A stretch of 64,000 nt of DNA from Gemmatimonadaceae bacterium (GCA_046327755.1 JAXLXW010000014.1:8051-72050); one strand, 5' to 3'; positions 10,377 to 20,927 are shown, numbered from the stretch's first letter. A program made the numbers and translations. Notes: generated by a model not told the origin, from the letters alone.

Positions 10377-12446
10377 TTACGGCAGCGCGAACGCCACGTA
10401 CGTCCCTCCGCTCGGCGCCCCGTTCTTCCCGCCACCACAGGCGATCACCACATACTGCTTCCCGTTCACCATGTACGTCGACGGCGTGGTGTTGCCGGCG
10501 GCGGGGAGCGCGCCCTCCCACAGCAACTTCCCGCTGGTCTTGTCGAACGCGCGGATCTTGTTGTCGTAGGTGGTGGCGGCGATGATGAGCAGCCCGTTCT
10601 CGGTCACGATGGCGCCGCCGTAGTTGTCGCTTCCGGTGTCCTTCAACCCCTGCGCGACGAGCTTGGGGTACTCGCCAAACGGGATCGACCACTTCGTCTC
10701 GCCGGAATTGAGGTCGATCGCGGTGAGCGTTCCCCAGGGGGGCTTGATGGCGGGGTAGCCTTCGTGGTCGAGGAAGATGTCGAAGGTGGTGTTGCGGTAC
10801 CTGAGGAAGGTGGGGAGGTCGCGCGGCATCAGCGTGGGCGCCTTGCCGCTGATGAGGTACTCGGCGAGCTGGGCGATGCCGGAATCGCCTAACGCGGTAG
10901 CGAAGGCGGGCATGCGCCCGGTGCCGGCGCGAATGGCGTTCACGATCTGCTCGCGCGTGAGGCGCTTCGAGACGCCGGTGAGCGTGGGGCCGATGGGGGT
11001 ACTCTTCGCGCCGTGGCACTCGGCGCAGTAGGCGCCGAAGAGCGAGTTGGTCTCGCGCGGGACGATCTTGAGGATCCACCCCATCTCGTTGGCGTTGACG
11101 TAGAGCATCCCCGTCTTGGGGTCGAACGCCGGACCGCCGTATTCACCGCCGCCGTCGACGCCGGGGAAGATGATGATCCCCTTGGTGTTCGGCGGGGTCC
11201 ACGGGTCGGGCGTGGGGTTCTCTCTGAACAGCTTGAGCGCTGCCGCGTGCGCCTCAGGGGTGCGGTCGGTGAGCAAGTCCTCCGTCAGCTGCTGGCGGGC
11301 GAACGGCTTGGGAAGGGTGGGGAAGCGCTGCGAGTCGGCGGTCGCCTCCCCCTCGAGGATCGCCGGCGGCATCCTGCGCCACGCGCTGGGGAAGAGTTCC
11401 TCCCCCGTGTCGCGATTGAGCAGCCAGACGTGCCCGGTCTTGGTGATCTGGGCGACGGCGTCGACCGGCCGGCCGTTGCGGCTGACGGTAACGAGCGTCG
11501 GCGCCGCGGGAAAGTCACGGTCCCAGAGGTCGTGCTTGAGCCCCTGGAAGTGCCACTTGCGCGTCCCGGTGTTGGCGTCGAGCGCGACGATGGAGTTGGC
11601 GAAGAGGTTGTCGCCGTGGCGATTGGCGCCGTAGAAGTCAAACGACGCGGAGCCGGTGGCGAAGAAGACCATCCCGCGCTGCGGGTCGACGGTGACGCCG
11701 CTCCAGGCGTTGGTCCCGCCGGCGACCTTCCACGCGTCAGGGGGCCAGCTCTCGTAGCCGAACTCCCCCGGATGCGGGATGGTGTGGAAAGTCCAGCGGA
11801 TCTTCCCGCTCTTCACGTCATAGGCTCGGATGTCGCCCGGCGCCGAGGGGAGCGCCTCGGGGACCGACGTCCCGACGATGAGCATGTCCTTGTAGACGGC
11901 GCCCGGGGTGCTGGCGCTCACCGAGAGTCCCTCGACCGGGCGCCCGAGCCCTTCGCGCAGGTCGACCCACCCGCTGTCGTTCCCCCACCCGGGGGCCTTC
12001 TGTCCCGTCTTCGCATCCAGCGAGAAGAGGCGGTAGCGATAGTTGAAGTAGACGCGACCGTCATGCACCACGACACCGCGGTAGCGAATGCGCGGGCCGG
12101 TGAACTTCCCGTTGGTCGGGTCGAACGACCAGAGCTCCTTCCCGGTCGCCGCGTCGAGGGCGAAGGCGCGCTGCTTGGGCGACATCGCGTACAGCACGCC
12201 CCCGACGACGATGGGATTGGACTGCATCTCCGACCCCTCGAAGGCGTCCTTCGTGTCATGCGTCCACGCGACCTTGAGTTGCGCGACGTTGGCAGGGGAG
12301 ATCTGCGCGAGCGTGGTGTAGTGCGTCTTGGCGTCGCTCCCCTGGTACACCGGCCAGTCGACGTTCTGCGGCGTCGGGGTGGAGCAGGCGGTGACGAGGA
12401 GGAGGGCACTCGCGGCGGAACGCGACAGCGCAGGGCGAAGCGGCAT
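10377..12446 (-). CDS. PQQ-dependent dehydrogenase (quinohaemoprotein) with an internal cytochrome c module
   Basis: The internal ATG at 12446 gives MPLRPALSRSAASALLLVTACSTP. It has repeated DxxTGxxxW propeller motifs: LDAATGKELW, YDVKSGKIRW, LDANTGTRKW, IDLNSGETKW and FDKTSGKLLW. The CAECH haem-c motif is at 11013..11027, and further propeller blades follow it. Confidence 0.85.
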   Translation of the reverse strand: MPLRPALSRSAASALLLVTACSTPTPQNVDWPVYQGSDAKTHYTTLAQISPANVAQLKVAWTHDTKDAFEGSEMQSNPIVVGGVLYAMSPKQRAFALDAATGKELWSFDPTNGKFTGPRIRYRGVVVHDGRVYFNYRYRLFSLDAKTGQKAPGWGNDSGWVDLREGLGRPVEGLSVSASTPGAVYKDMLIVGTSVPEALPSAPGDIRAYDVKSGKIRWTFHTIPHPGEFGYESWPPDAWKVAGGTNAWSGVTVDPQRGMVFFATGSASFDFYGANRHGDNLFANSIVALDANTGTRKWHFQGLKHDLWDRDFPAAPTLVTVSRNGRPVDAVAQITKTGHVWLLNRDTGEELFPSAWRRMPPAILEGEATADSQRFPTLPKPFARQQLTEDLLTDRTPEAHAAALKLFRENPTPDPWTPPNTKGIIIFPGVDGGGEYGGPAFDPKTGMLYVNANEMGWILKIVPRETNSLFGAYCAECHGAKSTPIGPTLTGVSKRLTREQIVNAIRAGTGRMPAFATALGDSGIAQLAEYLISGKAPTLMPRDLPTFLRYRNTTFDIFLDHEGYPAIKPPWGTLTAIDLNSGETKWSIPFGEYPKLVAQGLKDTGSDNYGGAIVTENGLLIIAATTYDNKIRAFDKTSGKLLWEGALPAAGNTTPSTYMVNGKQYVVIACGGGKNGAPSGGTYVAFALP

Positions 12447-12597
12447 GCGACGGATGGGCGGAGGGGTCCGCCCAATGCTGGCGCGCCGACCTTCCGTGCT
12501 CAAGGGGCGCGGAGGGGCGCTTGGGCGTCGGCGTGACGGATTGCTTCGATGCGTACCGCGCGGACGACATCGATGGTGGAGAGACTGCACGTGCTTT

Positions 12598-12701
12598 CAC
12601 CGCAGGGAACGCAGGGTTTCGCAGAGGTGGATGACGGCGCGCGGTGCAACACCGGCCTGCGCGCCTAACTACTCTGCGTCACTCCGCGCTCTCTGCGGTG
12701 A
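12598..12701. repeat. REP-like inverted pair of about 30-bp units flanking a 44-bp spacer
   Basis: 12598..12627 is caccgcagggaacgcagggtttcgcagagg, the reverse orientation. 12672..12701 is ctctgcgtcactccgcgctctctgcggtga, the forward orientation. The forward unit closely matches 2397..2429. Confidence 0.65.
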
Positions 12702-12735
12702 ATGCCCTTCCCCGTCGTGACCATCCGCGACGTGC

Positions 12736-13488
12736 CTACCCCGCGCGCCGCACCTTTTCGCGCGCGATCTCCTCGTGCACCGCGGGCACCACGCGCTTCG
12801 ACCATCGGTTCGAGAGGGCGTCGAGTTCCTCGCGCGTGATCCCCCCGAGCTCGCCGCGATAGGCGGCCTTGAGCGCGTTCTGGCGATGCTGCGAGGCGAG
12901 CATGTCGGCGTGGGTGCGCACCACGCGCGCGGTCACGTTGGGATTGGCGGCGAGCACCTCGGCCACGCGCTGGCGATGGCGCTGCAGGACCTCGAGGGGC
13001 GGCGTTCCCGCGGCGAGAAACTCGGCACGGAGCATGGGCGGAGTGGCGATCTTCGCAGCCGAAGCAGCGTTGCTCGTCGCCACGAACGAGCCGTCGGTGA
13101 GCTCGGTCTCGAAGTCGGTCACGTGCTTGGGGAGTTTCCCCGTCAGGCGCAAAATGAGGCGCAGCCAGAACGACCTGAGGTGCGGATGGTACAGTGCCGA
13201 GGTGATGGTGCCGTCGCGCGAGACCATGCAGCGCAGCATGATCGCGCTCAGCACCGTCCCCGGCGACTCGGTGATCGTCTTGTCCTCCACGTCGGCCAGC
13301 GAACGGAAGCCGTTCCCGTTGAGGAGGCGCGCCGTCGCGTCGTACCACTTGAGGTCGAGGTGCGAGAAGTCGCGCGGATTGGCCGATACGTAGCGGTGCG
13401 TCGACTGGTAGGTGTTCTCGATGATGTCGAGGATGCGCGACGCGGCCTGCTGGATCGCCGGGTTCTCGGAGGGCTGGAGCGGTTCCAT
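12736..13488 (-). CDS. hypothetical protein
   Basis: 250-aa ORF with an ATG start and non-repetitive, globular-looking sequence (MEPLQPSENPAIQQAASRILDIIENTYQSTHRY...). I recognise no family. Confidence 0.55.
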   Translation of the reverse strand: MEPLQPSENPAIQQAASRILDIIENTYQSTHRYVSANPRDFSHLDLKWYDATARLLNGNGFRSLADVEDKTITESPGTVLSAIMLRCMVSRDGTITSALYHPHLRSFWLRLILRLTGKLPKHVTDFETELTDGSFVATSNAASAAKIATPPMLRAEFLAAGTPPLEVLQRHRQRVAEVLAANPNVTARVVRTHADMLASQHRQNALKAAYRGELGGITREELDALSNRWSKRVVPAVHEEIAREKVRRAG

Positions 13489-13728
13489 CTGCGTGGGGGG
13501 GAAGGGAACGGGGTGAAGCGCCTGCGCTGCTCTGTGTAGACGGTCGGGACGGGGCCCCCGTCACCCCCGTGTTGCAGCTGTGGCCAGCGTCACAGTCGCT
13601 CGGCTGGCGGGCCCCCGCGCCCGCCCCCGCGCCCCCTACCCGGTTGACACCGCCCGCCCCCCGCATCGTTTTGTCAGCGTCCCCCGCCCCCGAACTCCCG
13701 TCCTCCGTCTCCCGTCTCCCGTCCGCCG

Positions 13729-14247
13729 TTGCACTTCATCGTCATGGGCGTCACCGGCGCCGGAAAGAGCACCGTGGGGGCCGCCCTCGCGCGCGCCCTC
13801 GGGGCGGAGTTCGTCGAAGGGGACGACTTCCACCCCCCGGAGAACCGCGCGCGCATGTCGGCGGGAGTCCCGCTCACCGACGCCGATCGCGCGGGGTGGC
13901 TGCGCGCACTCGCCGCGCGACTTGCCAGGGCGCAGGACGAGGGGCGCGGACTCGTGGTCTCGTGCTCGGCGCTCAAGCGCGCCTATCGCGACGTGCTGCG
14001 CGCGGCAGCGCCCGTGCGGTTCGTCTTCCTCGAGGGCGATCGCCCGCTCATCGCCGAGCGCGTGGCGGGGCGCTCGGGACACTTCATGTCGCCGGCGCTT
14101 CTCGAGTCGCAGTTCGCCACACTCGAGGTGCCGGCGCCCGACGAGGAGGCGTGGCGCTTCGACGTCGCGACGCCGCCTGACGAGATCGTCCTCGAGGTCG
14201 TGGGGCGCATCGTGCGCGACGGCGACCCGACGCGAGCGGGGCGATGA
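13729..14247 (+). CDS. gntK: gluconokinase
   Basis: P-loop is FIVMGVTGAGKSTVG, followed by EGDDFHPPENRARMSAGVPLTDADRAGWL, typical of GntK. The TTG start at 13729 is preferred so that the beta-strand before the P-loop is included. The stop overlaps the next ATG (ATGA). Confidence 0.85.
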   Translation: MHFIVMGVTGAGKSTVGAALARALGAEFVEGDDFHPPENRARMSAGVPLTDADRAGWLRALAARLARAQDEGRGLVVSCSALKRAYRDVLRAAAPVRFVFLEGDRPLIAERVAGRSGHFMSPALLESQFATLEVPAPDEEAWRFDVATPPDEIVLEVVGRIVRDGDPTRAGR

Positions 14248-15584
14248 CCTCGCAGGGACAGCTCCTCCTCTACGCGCTCGCGTCGGTCGTTGCGCTCATC
14301 GTCCTCATCGCGCGCTTCAAGCTCCACCCGGTCGTCGTCCTCATCCTCGTCTCGCTCGCGATGGGGATCGCTGCCGGGATGCCGCTCCCGGCAGTGATCA
14401 AGTCGATCCAGGACGGCGTGGGCGCGGTCCTCGGCTTCATCGCCATCGTCGTGGCGCTGGGGACGATGCTGGGAAAGGTGATGGCCGAGTCGGGGGGAGC
14501 GACGCGCATCGCGACGACGCTCATTGCGCGGCTGGGCGAGCACCGGCTGCACTGGGCGATGATGTGCGTCGCCTTCATCGTCGGGATCCCGGTCTTCTTC
14601 CAGGTGGGCTTCGTCCTGCTGATCCCGCTCGTCTTCGCCATGGCGAAACGCACGGGGATGCCGTTGCTCAAGATCGCGATCCCGCTGGTGACGGCGCTCT
14701 CGGTGGTGCACGGGCTCGTCCCGCCGCACCCGGCGGCGATGCTCGCGGTCGACACGTTTCACGCCGACGTCGGCCGGACGGTGCTGTACGCGATGATCGT
14801 CGGCCTGCCCACGGCGGCCGTCGCGGGGCCGATCTTCGCCACGTGGGTCGCACCGCGCATCGCGGTGAACCCGGAGAATCGCCTGGCGACGCAGCTCTCA
14901 GGCGGGACGCACGAGGCGATGCCGGGGTTCGCGATCACCGTCTTCACGGTGCTGGTCCCCGTGCTGCTGATGCTGGTCGCCAGCGCCGCCGACTTCATGC
15001 GTCCGCCGGGCGATGCGTGGCGCGTGGTGGCAGACTTCGCGGGGCACCCCATCGTCGCCCTCCTGCTCGCCCTGCTGTTCTCGTTTTGGTCGCTGGGGCG
15101 CACCGCGCACTTCACGCGCGAGCAGCTGTCGGCCTTCACCAACGAGTGCCTGGCGCCCACGGCGACGATCATCCTCGTCATCGGCGCCGGCGGCGGCTTC
15201 AATCGCGTCCTGATCGACAGCGGCGTGGGGAAGGCGATCGCCGATGTCGCGATCGGGTCGCAGGCGTCGCCGCTCGTCCTGGCGTGGGGGATCGCGGCGT
15301 TGATTCGCGTCGCCACCGGGTCGGCGACCGTGGCGATGACGACCGCGTCAGGGATCGTGGCCCCCATCGCCGCGACGATCCCGGGGACGAGCCCGGAGCT
15401 GCTGGTGCTGGCGACGGGCTCCGGGTCGCTCGTGCTGTCGCACGTGAACGACTCCGGCTTCTGGTTGGTGAAGGAGTTCCTGAACCTCACCGTCGCGCAG
15501 ACGCTGCGCACGTGGACGGTCGCGGAGACGATCGTTGGGGTCGTGGGGCTCGCGCTGACGTTGCTGCTGAGCGTCGTGGTGTGA
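14244..15584 (+). CDS. gntP: GntP-family gluconate:H+ symporter
   Basis: 446-aa polytopic membrane protein. The N-terminus LLLYALASVVALIVLIARFKLHPVVVLILVSLAMGIAAGMP is typical of the GntP family. It has a 4-bp overlap with gntK. Confidence 0.85.
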   Translation: MTSQGQLLLYALASVVALIVLIARFKLHPVVVLILVSLAMGIAAGMPLPAVIKSIQDGVGAVLGFIAIVVALGTMLGKVMAESGGATRIATTLIARLGEHRLHWAMMCVAFIVGIPVFFQVGFVLLIPLVFAMAKRTGMPLLKIAIPLVTALSVVHGLVPPHPAAMLAVDTFHADVGRTVLYAMIVGLPTAAVAGPIFATWVAPRIAVNPENRLATQLSGGTHEAMPGFAITVFTVLVPVLLMLVASAADFMRPPGDAWRVVADFAGHPIVALLLALLFSFWSLGRTAHFTREQLSAFTNECLAPTATIILVIGAGGGFNRVLIDSGVGKAIADVAIGSQASPLVLAWGIAALIRVATGSATVAMTTASGIVAPIAATIPGTSPELLVLATGSGSLVLSHVNDSGFWLVKEFLNLTVAQTLRTWTVAETIVGVVGLALTLLLSVVV

Positions 15585-15609
15585 GACGGTCGCGGAACGA
15601 CCCCGCGGC

Positions 15610-16986
15610 TTACGCCGGATCGTTCCACCCGCCCACGTCGATCGTGAGCTGCCGCGCGCGCTCAGGGCCCCAACTCCCGGGTTGATACGGCTCCGGCTCG
15701 CGCCCTGTGCTCACCAGCGGATCGACGATCCCCCACGCCGCCTCCACGGCATCCTGGCGCGCGAAGAGTGTCGCGTCCCCCTGCATGGCGTCGCCGATGA
15801 GGCGCTCGTAGGCATCCATCTCGTCGGCGCGCTTCTCGCGCACGAGGCTCAGCTCCACCGGCTCCCCTTCCATCGCCTCGCCCGGGCGCTTGGCGCTCAC
15901 TCCCACGCCGATTCCCACCGTGGGTCCGAGTCGCAGGCGCACGGTGTTCCCCATCGCCGGCGCCGCCTCGTGGAAGACGACGCTCGGCGGCGCCTTGAAC
16001 TCGACGAGCACTTCCGTCACCGACTTGGCCAGGCACTTTCCCGCGCGCACGAAGATCGGGACGCCGGCCCAGCGCCACGAGTCCACGCGCAGCTGCATCG
16101 CCGCATATGTCGGGACGCGGGAGTCGAGCGCGACGCCACGCTCGGTGCGGTACCCGTCGAACTGCCCCAGCACGAGGTGTTCCGGGTCGAGCGGCGGAAT
16201 GGAGCGCAGCACCTTGGCCTGCTCGTCGCGGATCGCCTCCGCATACGCTGATGTCGGCGGTTCCATCGTCAGGAAGCCAACGACCTGCAGCAGGTGGTTC
16301 TGGATCACGTCGCGGATGACCCCGGTCTCCTCGTAGAACTTGCCGCGCCCCGCCACGCCGAACGACTCGGCCATGGTGATCTGGATGTTCTCGACGTAGT
16401 GCCGGTTCCACACCGGCTCGAGGAAGGCGTTGGCGAAGCGGAAGTACAGGATGTTCTGCACCGCCTCCTTCCCCAGGTAGTGATCGATGCGGAAGACGGC
16501 GGATTCGTCGAAGCGTGCGTGCAGCGTGGCATTCAGCGCGCGTGCCGAGGCGAGGTCGCGCCCGAACGGCTTCTCCACCACGACCCGTCCCCCCTGCGTG
16601 CACCCGGCCTCGCCCAGCCCCTCGATCACGTGGGAGAAGAGCGACGGCGGAATGGCGAGGTAGTGCAGCGGGCGCACCGACGGGCCTAACGCGGCTCGCA
16701 GCTGCTGGTACGTCGTGGCGTTGGCGTAGTCGCCGCGCACGTACTGCAGGCGCTCGGCGAGCGTCGCGAAGGCGCGCGCGTCGACGCCGCCGCCAAACTC
16801 GGTGATGCTGGCCCGCGCCCGCTCGCGCAGCTGTTCCAGCGTCCAGTCGGACGAGGCGACACCGATGACCGGGACGTCGAGCGCCCCGCGCTTCGCCATG
16901 GCGTGCAGCGCGGGGAAGATCTTCTTGTACGCCAGGTCGCCGGTAACGCCGAAGAAGACGAGCGCGTCGGAGCGCCCTCCGTTCAT
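15610..16986 (-). CDS. zwf: glucose-6-phosphate 1-dehydrogenase
   Basis: NADP-site motif [17 protein letters not shown] and active-site motif RIDHYLGKE. The ATG overlaps the gnd stop (ATGA). Confidence 0.92.
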   Translation of the reverse strand: MNGGRSDALVFFGVTGDLAYKKIFPALHAMAKRGALDVPVIGVASSDWTLEQLRERARASITEFGGGVDARAFATLAERLQYVRGDYANATTYQQLRAALGPSVRPLHYLAIPPSLFSHVIEGLGEAGCTQGGRVVVEKPFGRDLASARALNATLHARFDESAVFRIDHYLGKEAVQNILYFRFANAFLEPVWNRHYVENIQITMAESFGVAGRGKFYEETGVIRDVIQNHLLQVVGFLTMEPPTSAYAEAIRDEQAKVLRSIPPLDPEHLVLGQFDGYRTERGVALDSRVPTYAAMQLRVDSWRWAGVPIFVRAGKCLAKSVTEVLVEFKAPPSVVFHEAAPAMGNTVRLRLGPTVGIGVGVSAKRPGEAMEGEPVELSLVREKRADEMDAYERLIGDAMQGDATLFARQDAVEAAWGIVDPLVSTGREPEPYQPGSWGPERARQLTIDVGGWNDPA

Positions 16987-18002
16987 GGCGCCTGCTTCTC
17001 CAGGTGCCCGCCGAAGGCGAAGCGCATCGCCGACAGCATGCGGTTGGCGAAGTCGTCCTCGCCGCGCGACGCGAAGCGCGAGAAGAGCGCGGTGGCGATG
17101 ACCGGGGCGGGGACGGCGAGGTCGTTCGCCGCGGCAAGCGTCCAGCGCCCTTCGCCGGAGTCGGAGACCCGCCCGGCGAACTTCGCCAGCTGGCCGTCAG
17201 ATGCAAGCGCCTGTGCCGTGAGGTCGAGGAGCCACGACGAGACCACGCTCCCGCGCCGCCACAGCTCGGCGATCTCCCCCAGGTCGAAGTCGTACTGATA
17301 GTGCTCGGGATGGCGGAGCGGCGTCGTCTCGGCGTCGTGCGACTGGCCGGCACGTCCCAGCCCGGCGTGCTGCAGCACGTTGAACCCCTCGGCGAAGGCG
17401 GCCATCATCCCGTACTCGATCGCGTTATGCACCATCTTCACGAAGTGGCCGGCGCCGTGCGGGCCGCAGTGCAGGTAGCCGCGATCGGCGGTGCGGGGGT
17501 CGGTGGTGGTGCGCCCGGGCGTCGGCGGCGCGGCGCCGGCGCCGGGGGCCAGCGTCGCGAGGACCGGGTCGAGATGCCTAACGACCTCCGCCTCGCCCCC
17601 GACCATCAGGCAGTAGCCGCGCTCGCGCCCCCACACGCCGCCGCTCACGCCGGCGTCCACGTAGTGCACCCCGTGCGCGGCGAGTCGCGGGGCGCGCGCG
17701 ATGTCGTCCTGGAAGTTGGAGTTACCCCCGTCGACGACGATGTCGCCCGCCGTCAGGAGGGGGACGAGGGTGTCGAGCGTGGCATCGACCACGCCGGCCG
17801 GGACCATGATCCACACCGTGCGCGGTGACGGGAGCGCCGCGACCAGCTCGGCGAGCGTGCGGGCACCGATCGCCCCCTCGCGCTCCACGGCGGCGACCGC
17901 TTCCTCGGCGCGATCGTGCGCCACGCAACGATGTCCCCCTGCCAGCAGGCGCCGGACCATGTTGGCCCCCATGCGCCCCAGACCGACCATCCCGATGTCC
18001 AT
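16983..18002 (-). CDS. gnd: 6-phosphogluconate dehydrogenase (decarboxylating), short GntZ/YqeC-like form
   Basis: [24 protein letters not shown] Rossmann motif. The ATG at 18002 is preferred over the GTG at 18011. Confidence 0.88.
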   Translation of the reverse strand: MDIGMVGLGRMGANMVRRLLAGGHRCVAHDRAEEAVAAVEREGAIGARTLAELVAALPSPRTVWIMVPAGVVDATLDTLVPLLTAGDIVVDGGNSNFQDDIARAPRLAAHGVHYVDAGVSGGVWGRERGYCLMVGGEAEVVRHLDPVLATLAPGAGAAPPTPGRTTTDPRTADRGYLHCGPHGAGHFVKMVHNAIEYGMMAAFAEGFNVLQHAGLGRAGQSHDAETTPLRHPEHYQYDFDLGEIAELWRRGSVVSSWLLDLTAQALASDGQLAKFAGRVSDSGEGRWTLAAANDLAVPAPVIATALFSRFASRGEDDFANRMLSAMRFAFGGHLEKQAP

Positions 18003-18110
18003 GTCGTGCACTCACCCAGAAAGAGAGTCGGCGGTGCTCACGCCCACGCTACCCCCGCCGGTAGTTTCCAGCGCCCAATATGGCACCGGACGACGGGAGG
18101 CGGGAAAGTC

Positions 18111-18827
18111 ATGAAGTCACAACGCCCGGAGGTTGTGGTCGGCGACGTGACGCTGCTGCGCCAACGGCTGCGCGCCCTCGTGACGCAGGCCGCGGAGGGC
18201 GCGGCTGCGGACGGACGCCGCTGGTCCATGGCGATCCCCGGGGGCTCCGTGGTCGCGCAACTCCTCTCGGCGCTCGGGCCCCACGATGCGCCGTGGGAGG
18301 CGTGCGACCTCTTCTGGGTCGACGAGCGAGCCGTTCCGTGGACCGATCCCGATTCCAACTATGGTCAGGCACGCGCCCACTGGCTTGGATCACTCGCGTC
18401 AACGGGGGTGCGCCTCCACCCGATCCCCGTCGACGCGCCGACGCTCGAGGGGTGCGCAACGGCGTACGAGGCGACGATGTCGGCGGTGCTGGGTCCGGAC
18501 GGCGTCCTCGACCTTGTCATCGTCGGGGTGGGGGAGGACGGGCACGTCGCGTCGCTCTTTCCCGGGGACGAGGAGGCGCTGGGATCGTCGCGGCTCGTGA
18601 TCCCGGTCGCCCATTCCCCCAAGCCGCCCGCGCAGCGCCTCACCCTCACGCTGCGGGCGCTGACGGGGGGGCGTTGCCTGGTGGCGGCGGCCTTCGGGGC
18701 ATCGAAGGCCACCGCGGTGCGCGCCGCGCTGCGCGACGAGGATTGGGAGCTTCCAATCACTAGGCTCCTGCGCGATGCACGACGCGTGAACGTTCTCCTC
18801 GATCGGGCGGCGGCTGGACAGGACTGA
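18111..18827 (+). CDS. pgl: 6-phosphogluconolactonase
   Basis: Internal ATG at 18111 with GGGAGG about 10 nt upstream. Motifs: IPGGSV, FWVDERAV and VGVGEDGHVASLFPG. Confidence 0.88.
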   Translation: MKSQRPEVVVGDVTLLRQRLRALVTQAAEGAAADGRRWSMAIPGGSVVAQLLSALGPHDAPWEACDLFWVDERAVPWTDPDSNYGQARAHWLGSLASTGVRLHPIPVDAPTLEGCATAYEATMSAVLGPDGVLDLVIVGVGEDGHVASLFPGDEEALGSSRLVIPVAHSPKPPAQRLTLTLRALTGGRCLVAAAFGASKATAVRAALRDEDWELPITRLLRDARRVNVLLDRAAAGQD

Positions 18828-18926
18828 TCAACTCGCGCGCGTTGCAGCCGATACCCAAGAGCATGGGATCGGTCTCACCCGCGGGCCCGACGGGGGCGCG
18901 GGGCGCCGGCGCAACGCCATCACACA

Positions 18927-20927
18927 ATGTTTCGCAACGTTAGGGTGGGGACGAGGGTCCTGGCGGGCTTCGGCTTCCTCGGGTCGGCGATGGCCCTCTC
19001 GGCCGTCGTTGCCATCGTCGGAATGGGGTTCATCAACAACACCGCCGCGTCGGTGTACCGCGATCGCGTCGTCCCGCTCCAGCAACTCAAGCGTGTCGCC
19101 GACGGGTACGCGGTCGCCATCGTCGACAACACGCACAAGATGCGGGCGCATACCGTCTCGCTGGAGCAGGGCGAGGCGACCATCCGCGCGGCGCGCCGCA
19201 CGATCGACAGCGCCTGGACGGCGTACACCGCGCATGCCAGCACCGCCGAGGAACAGGCGCTCGTCGCGACGGTGAACGGGGTCTCGGCCAACGCCAACAC
19301 CGCCGTTGACGAACTGCTCGCCCTGCTCGCGAAGCGCGACAGCGTGGCGCTGGTGACGTTTGCCGAGCAGCGCCTGTATCCGGCGATCGATCCTGTCTCC
19401 GAGGCTATCGGCAAGGAGATCGACCTGCAGGTGCAACTGGCGGGGACGGCGTACGCGTCGGGCGCGTCGATCTTCACGATGTTCCGGCTCCTGGCCATCA
19501 TCGGCACGGTGTGCCTCTTCCTCACAGCGTTAGGCATCGGGCGCTGGACGGCGCGCTACCTCTCGCGCGGGACGGGGGCGATCGTCGGGCAGCTGGAGGC
19601 GCTGCGCACCCAGGCGATCCCGCGGGTGCGCGAGGGGGCGGTGGCGATGGCGGCCGGCAACCTCGACACCCCCGTCGCGTTCGAGGTCACGCCGCTCACG
19701 GTGGACGGCGGTGACGAGATCGGGCGCCTGGCCGAGGGGCTCAACGGCGTCCTGGAGGAGGTGCAGGCGATGGCCGCCGCGGTCGAGCGGTCACGCACGA
19801 CCATGCGCGCCGTCATCCGCGAGGCGACCGCGGTGGTGGAGGCGGCGCGTCGCGGGGCGCTCGACCACCGCGCCGACGCCTCCATGTTCGACGGGGCCTA
19901 TCGCGAACTCACGGTGGGGCTCAACGACACCCTGGGCGCGGTGGCGCGCCCGCTGACGTCCGCGTCGGGGGTGTTGACCCGAATCGCCGGGCGCGACCTC
20001 ACGGCGCGCATGGACGATGAAGGGCTCGCCGGCGACTACCGCCAGATGCAACAAGCGCTCAACGATGCCGTGGAACAGCTGTCGCGCGCCCTCGCGGAGG
20101 TGGACCTCGGGATCGAGCAGGTCTCGGCGGGAGCGGAGCAGGTGGCGCGCGGGAGCCAGGACCTCGCCACGGGCGCCACGCGACAGGCCAGCGCCCTCGA
20201 GGAGATCTCGGCGGGGCTCACCGAGCTGGATTCGCTGTCGACGCGCAACTCGTCGCACGCCAGCGAGGCGCGCGCCAGCGCCGAGGAGACGCGTGAGAGC
20301 TCGCAGCGCGGCGTGAAGGTCATGCAGGAGCTGACGCAGGCGATGACCGAGATTCGCGCGAATGCGGAAGCAACGTCCAAGCTCCTCAAGACCATCGACG
20401 CGATCGCCTTCCAGACCAACCTGCTGGCGCTCAACGCGGCGGTCGAGGCGGCGCGCGCCGGCGAGGCGGGACGCGGCTTTGCCGTGGTGGCGGAAGAAGT
20501 GCGCGCCCTCGCCGGGCGCACCGCCGACGCCTCGCGCGAGACGGCGGCCATGATCGACGGGTCGCTGGCGGCGACGTCGCGCGGCGTGTCGCTGAACGAA
20601 TCGGTGCTCGAGCAGCTGCAACAGATCGACGCGCGCGTGGCCGGGGTGAGCGAGATGGTGGGAGAGATCGCGGCGTTGTCGGCGCGCCAGCGCGATGGCG
20701 TGCACCACATCAACGACTCGGTGGAACAGGCGAGCCTCGTCACGCAATCGACCGCGGCCAGCTCGGAGGAGTCGGCGGCGGCGTCGGAGGAACTGTCGTC
20801 GCAGGCGGCGCTCATGCTGGGGACGATTCGGCAGTTCGAGCTCCCCACGAAGGGTGGCGCGGGCGGGGGGCGTCCGATGGCACGTCGCGCCCCGGCCTTG
20901 GCGGAGGAGCCCGCGCTCCCGCGCTAG
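18927..20927 (+). CDS. methyl-accepting chemotaxis protein (4-helix-bundle sensor, HAMP, signalling domain)
   Basis: N-terminal TM segment, a sensor region and a second TM segment. The conserved hairpin is [36 protein letters not shown]. Confidence 0.92.
   Translation: MFRNVRVGTRVLAGFGFLGSAMALSAVVAIVGMGFINNTAASVYRDRVVPLQQLKRVADGYAVAIVDNTHKMRAHTVSLEQGEATIRAARRTIDSAWTAYTAHASTAEEQALVATVNGVSANANTAVDELLALLAKRDSVALVTFAEQRLYPAIDPVSEAIGKEIDLQVQLAGTAYASGASIFTMFRLLAIIGTVCLFLTALGIGRWTARYLSRGTGAIVGQLEALRTQAIPRVREGAVAMAAGNLDTPVAFEVTPLTVDGGDEIGRLAEGLNGVLEEVQAMAAAVERSRTTMRAVIREATAVVEAARRGALDHRADASMFDGAYRELTVGLNDTLGAVARPLTSASGVLTRIAGRDLTARMDDEGLAGDYRQMQQALNDAVEQLSRALAEVDLGIEQVSAGAEQVARGSQDLATGATRQASALEEISAGLTELDSLSTRNSSHASEARASAEETRESSQRGVKVMQELTQAMTEIRANAEATSKLLKTIDAIAFQTNLLALNAAVEAARAGEAGRGFAVVAEEVRALAGRTADASRETAAMIDGSLAATSRGVSLNESVLEQLQQIDARVAGVSEMVGEIAALSARQRDGVHHINDSVEQASLVTQSTAASSEESAAASEELSSQAALMLGTIRQFELPTKGGAGGGRPMARRAPALAEEPALPR

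Noticed and set aside
13643-13672. TTGACA hexamer upstream of gntK as a promoter
   Set aside because: No acceptable -10 element occurs at 16-18 bp spacing (CGTTTT or GTTTTG only), so I did not call it as a feature.
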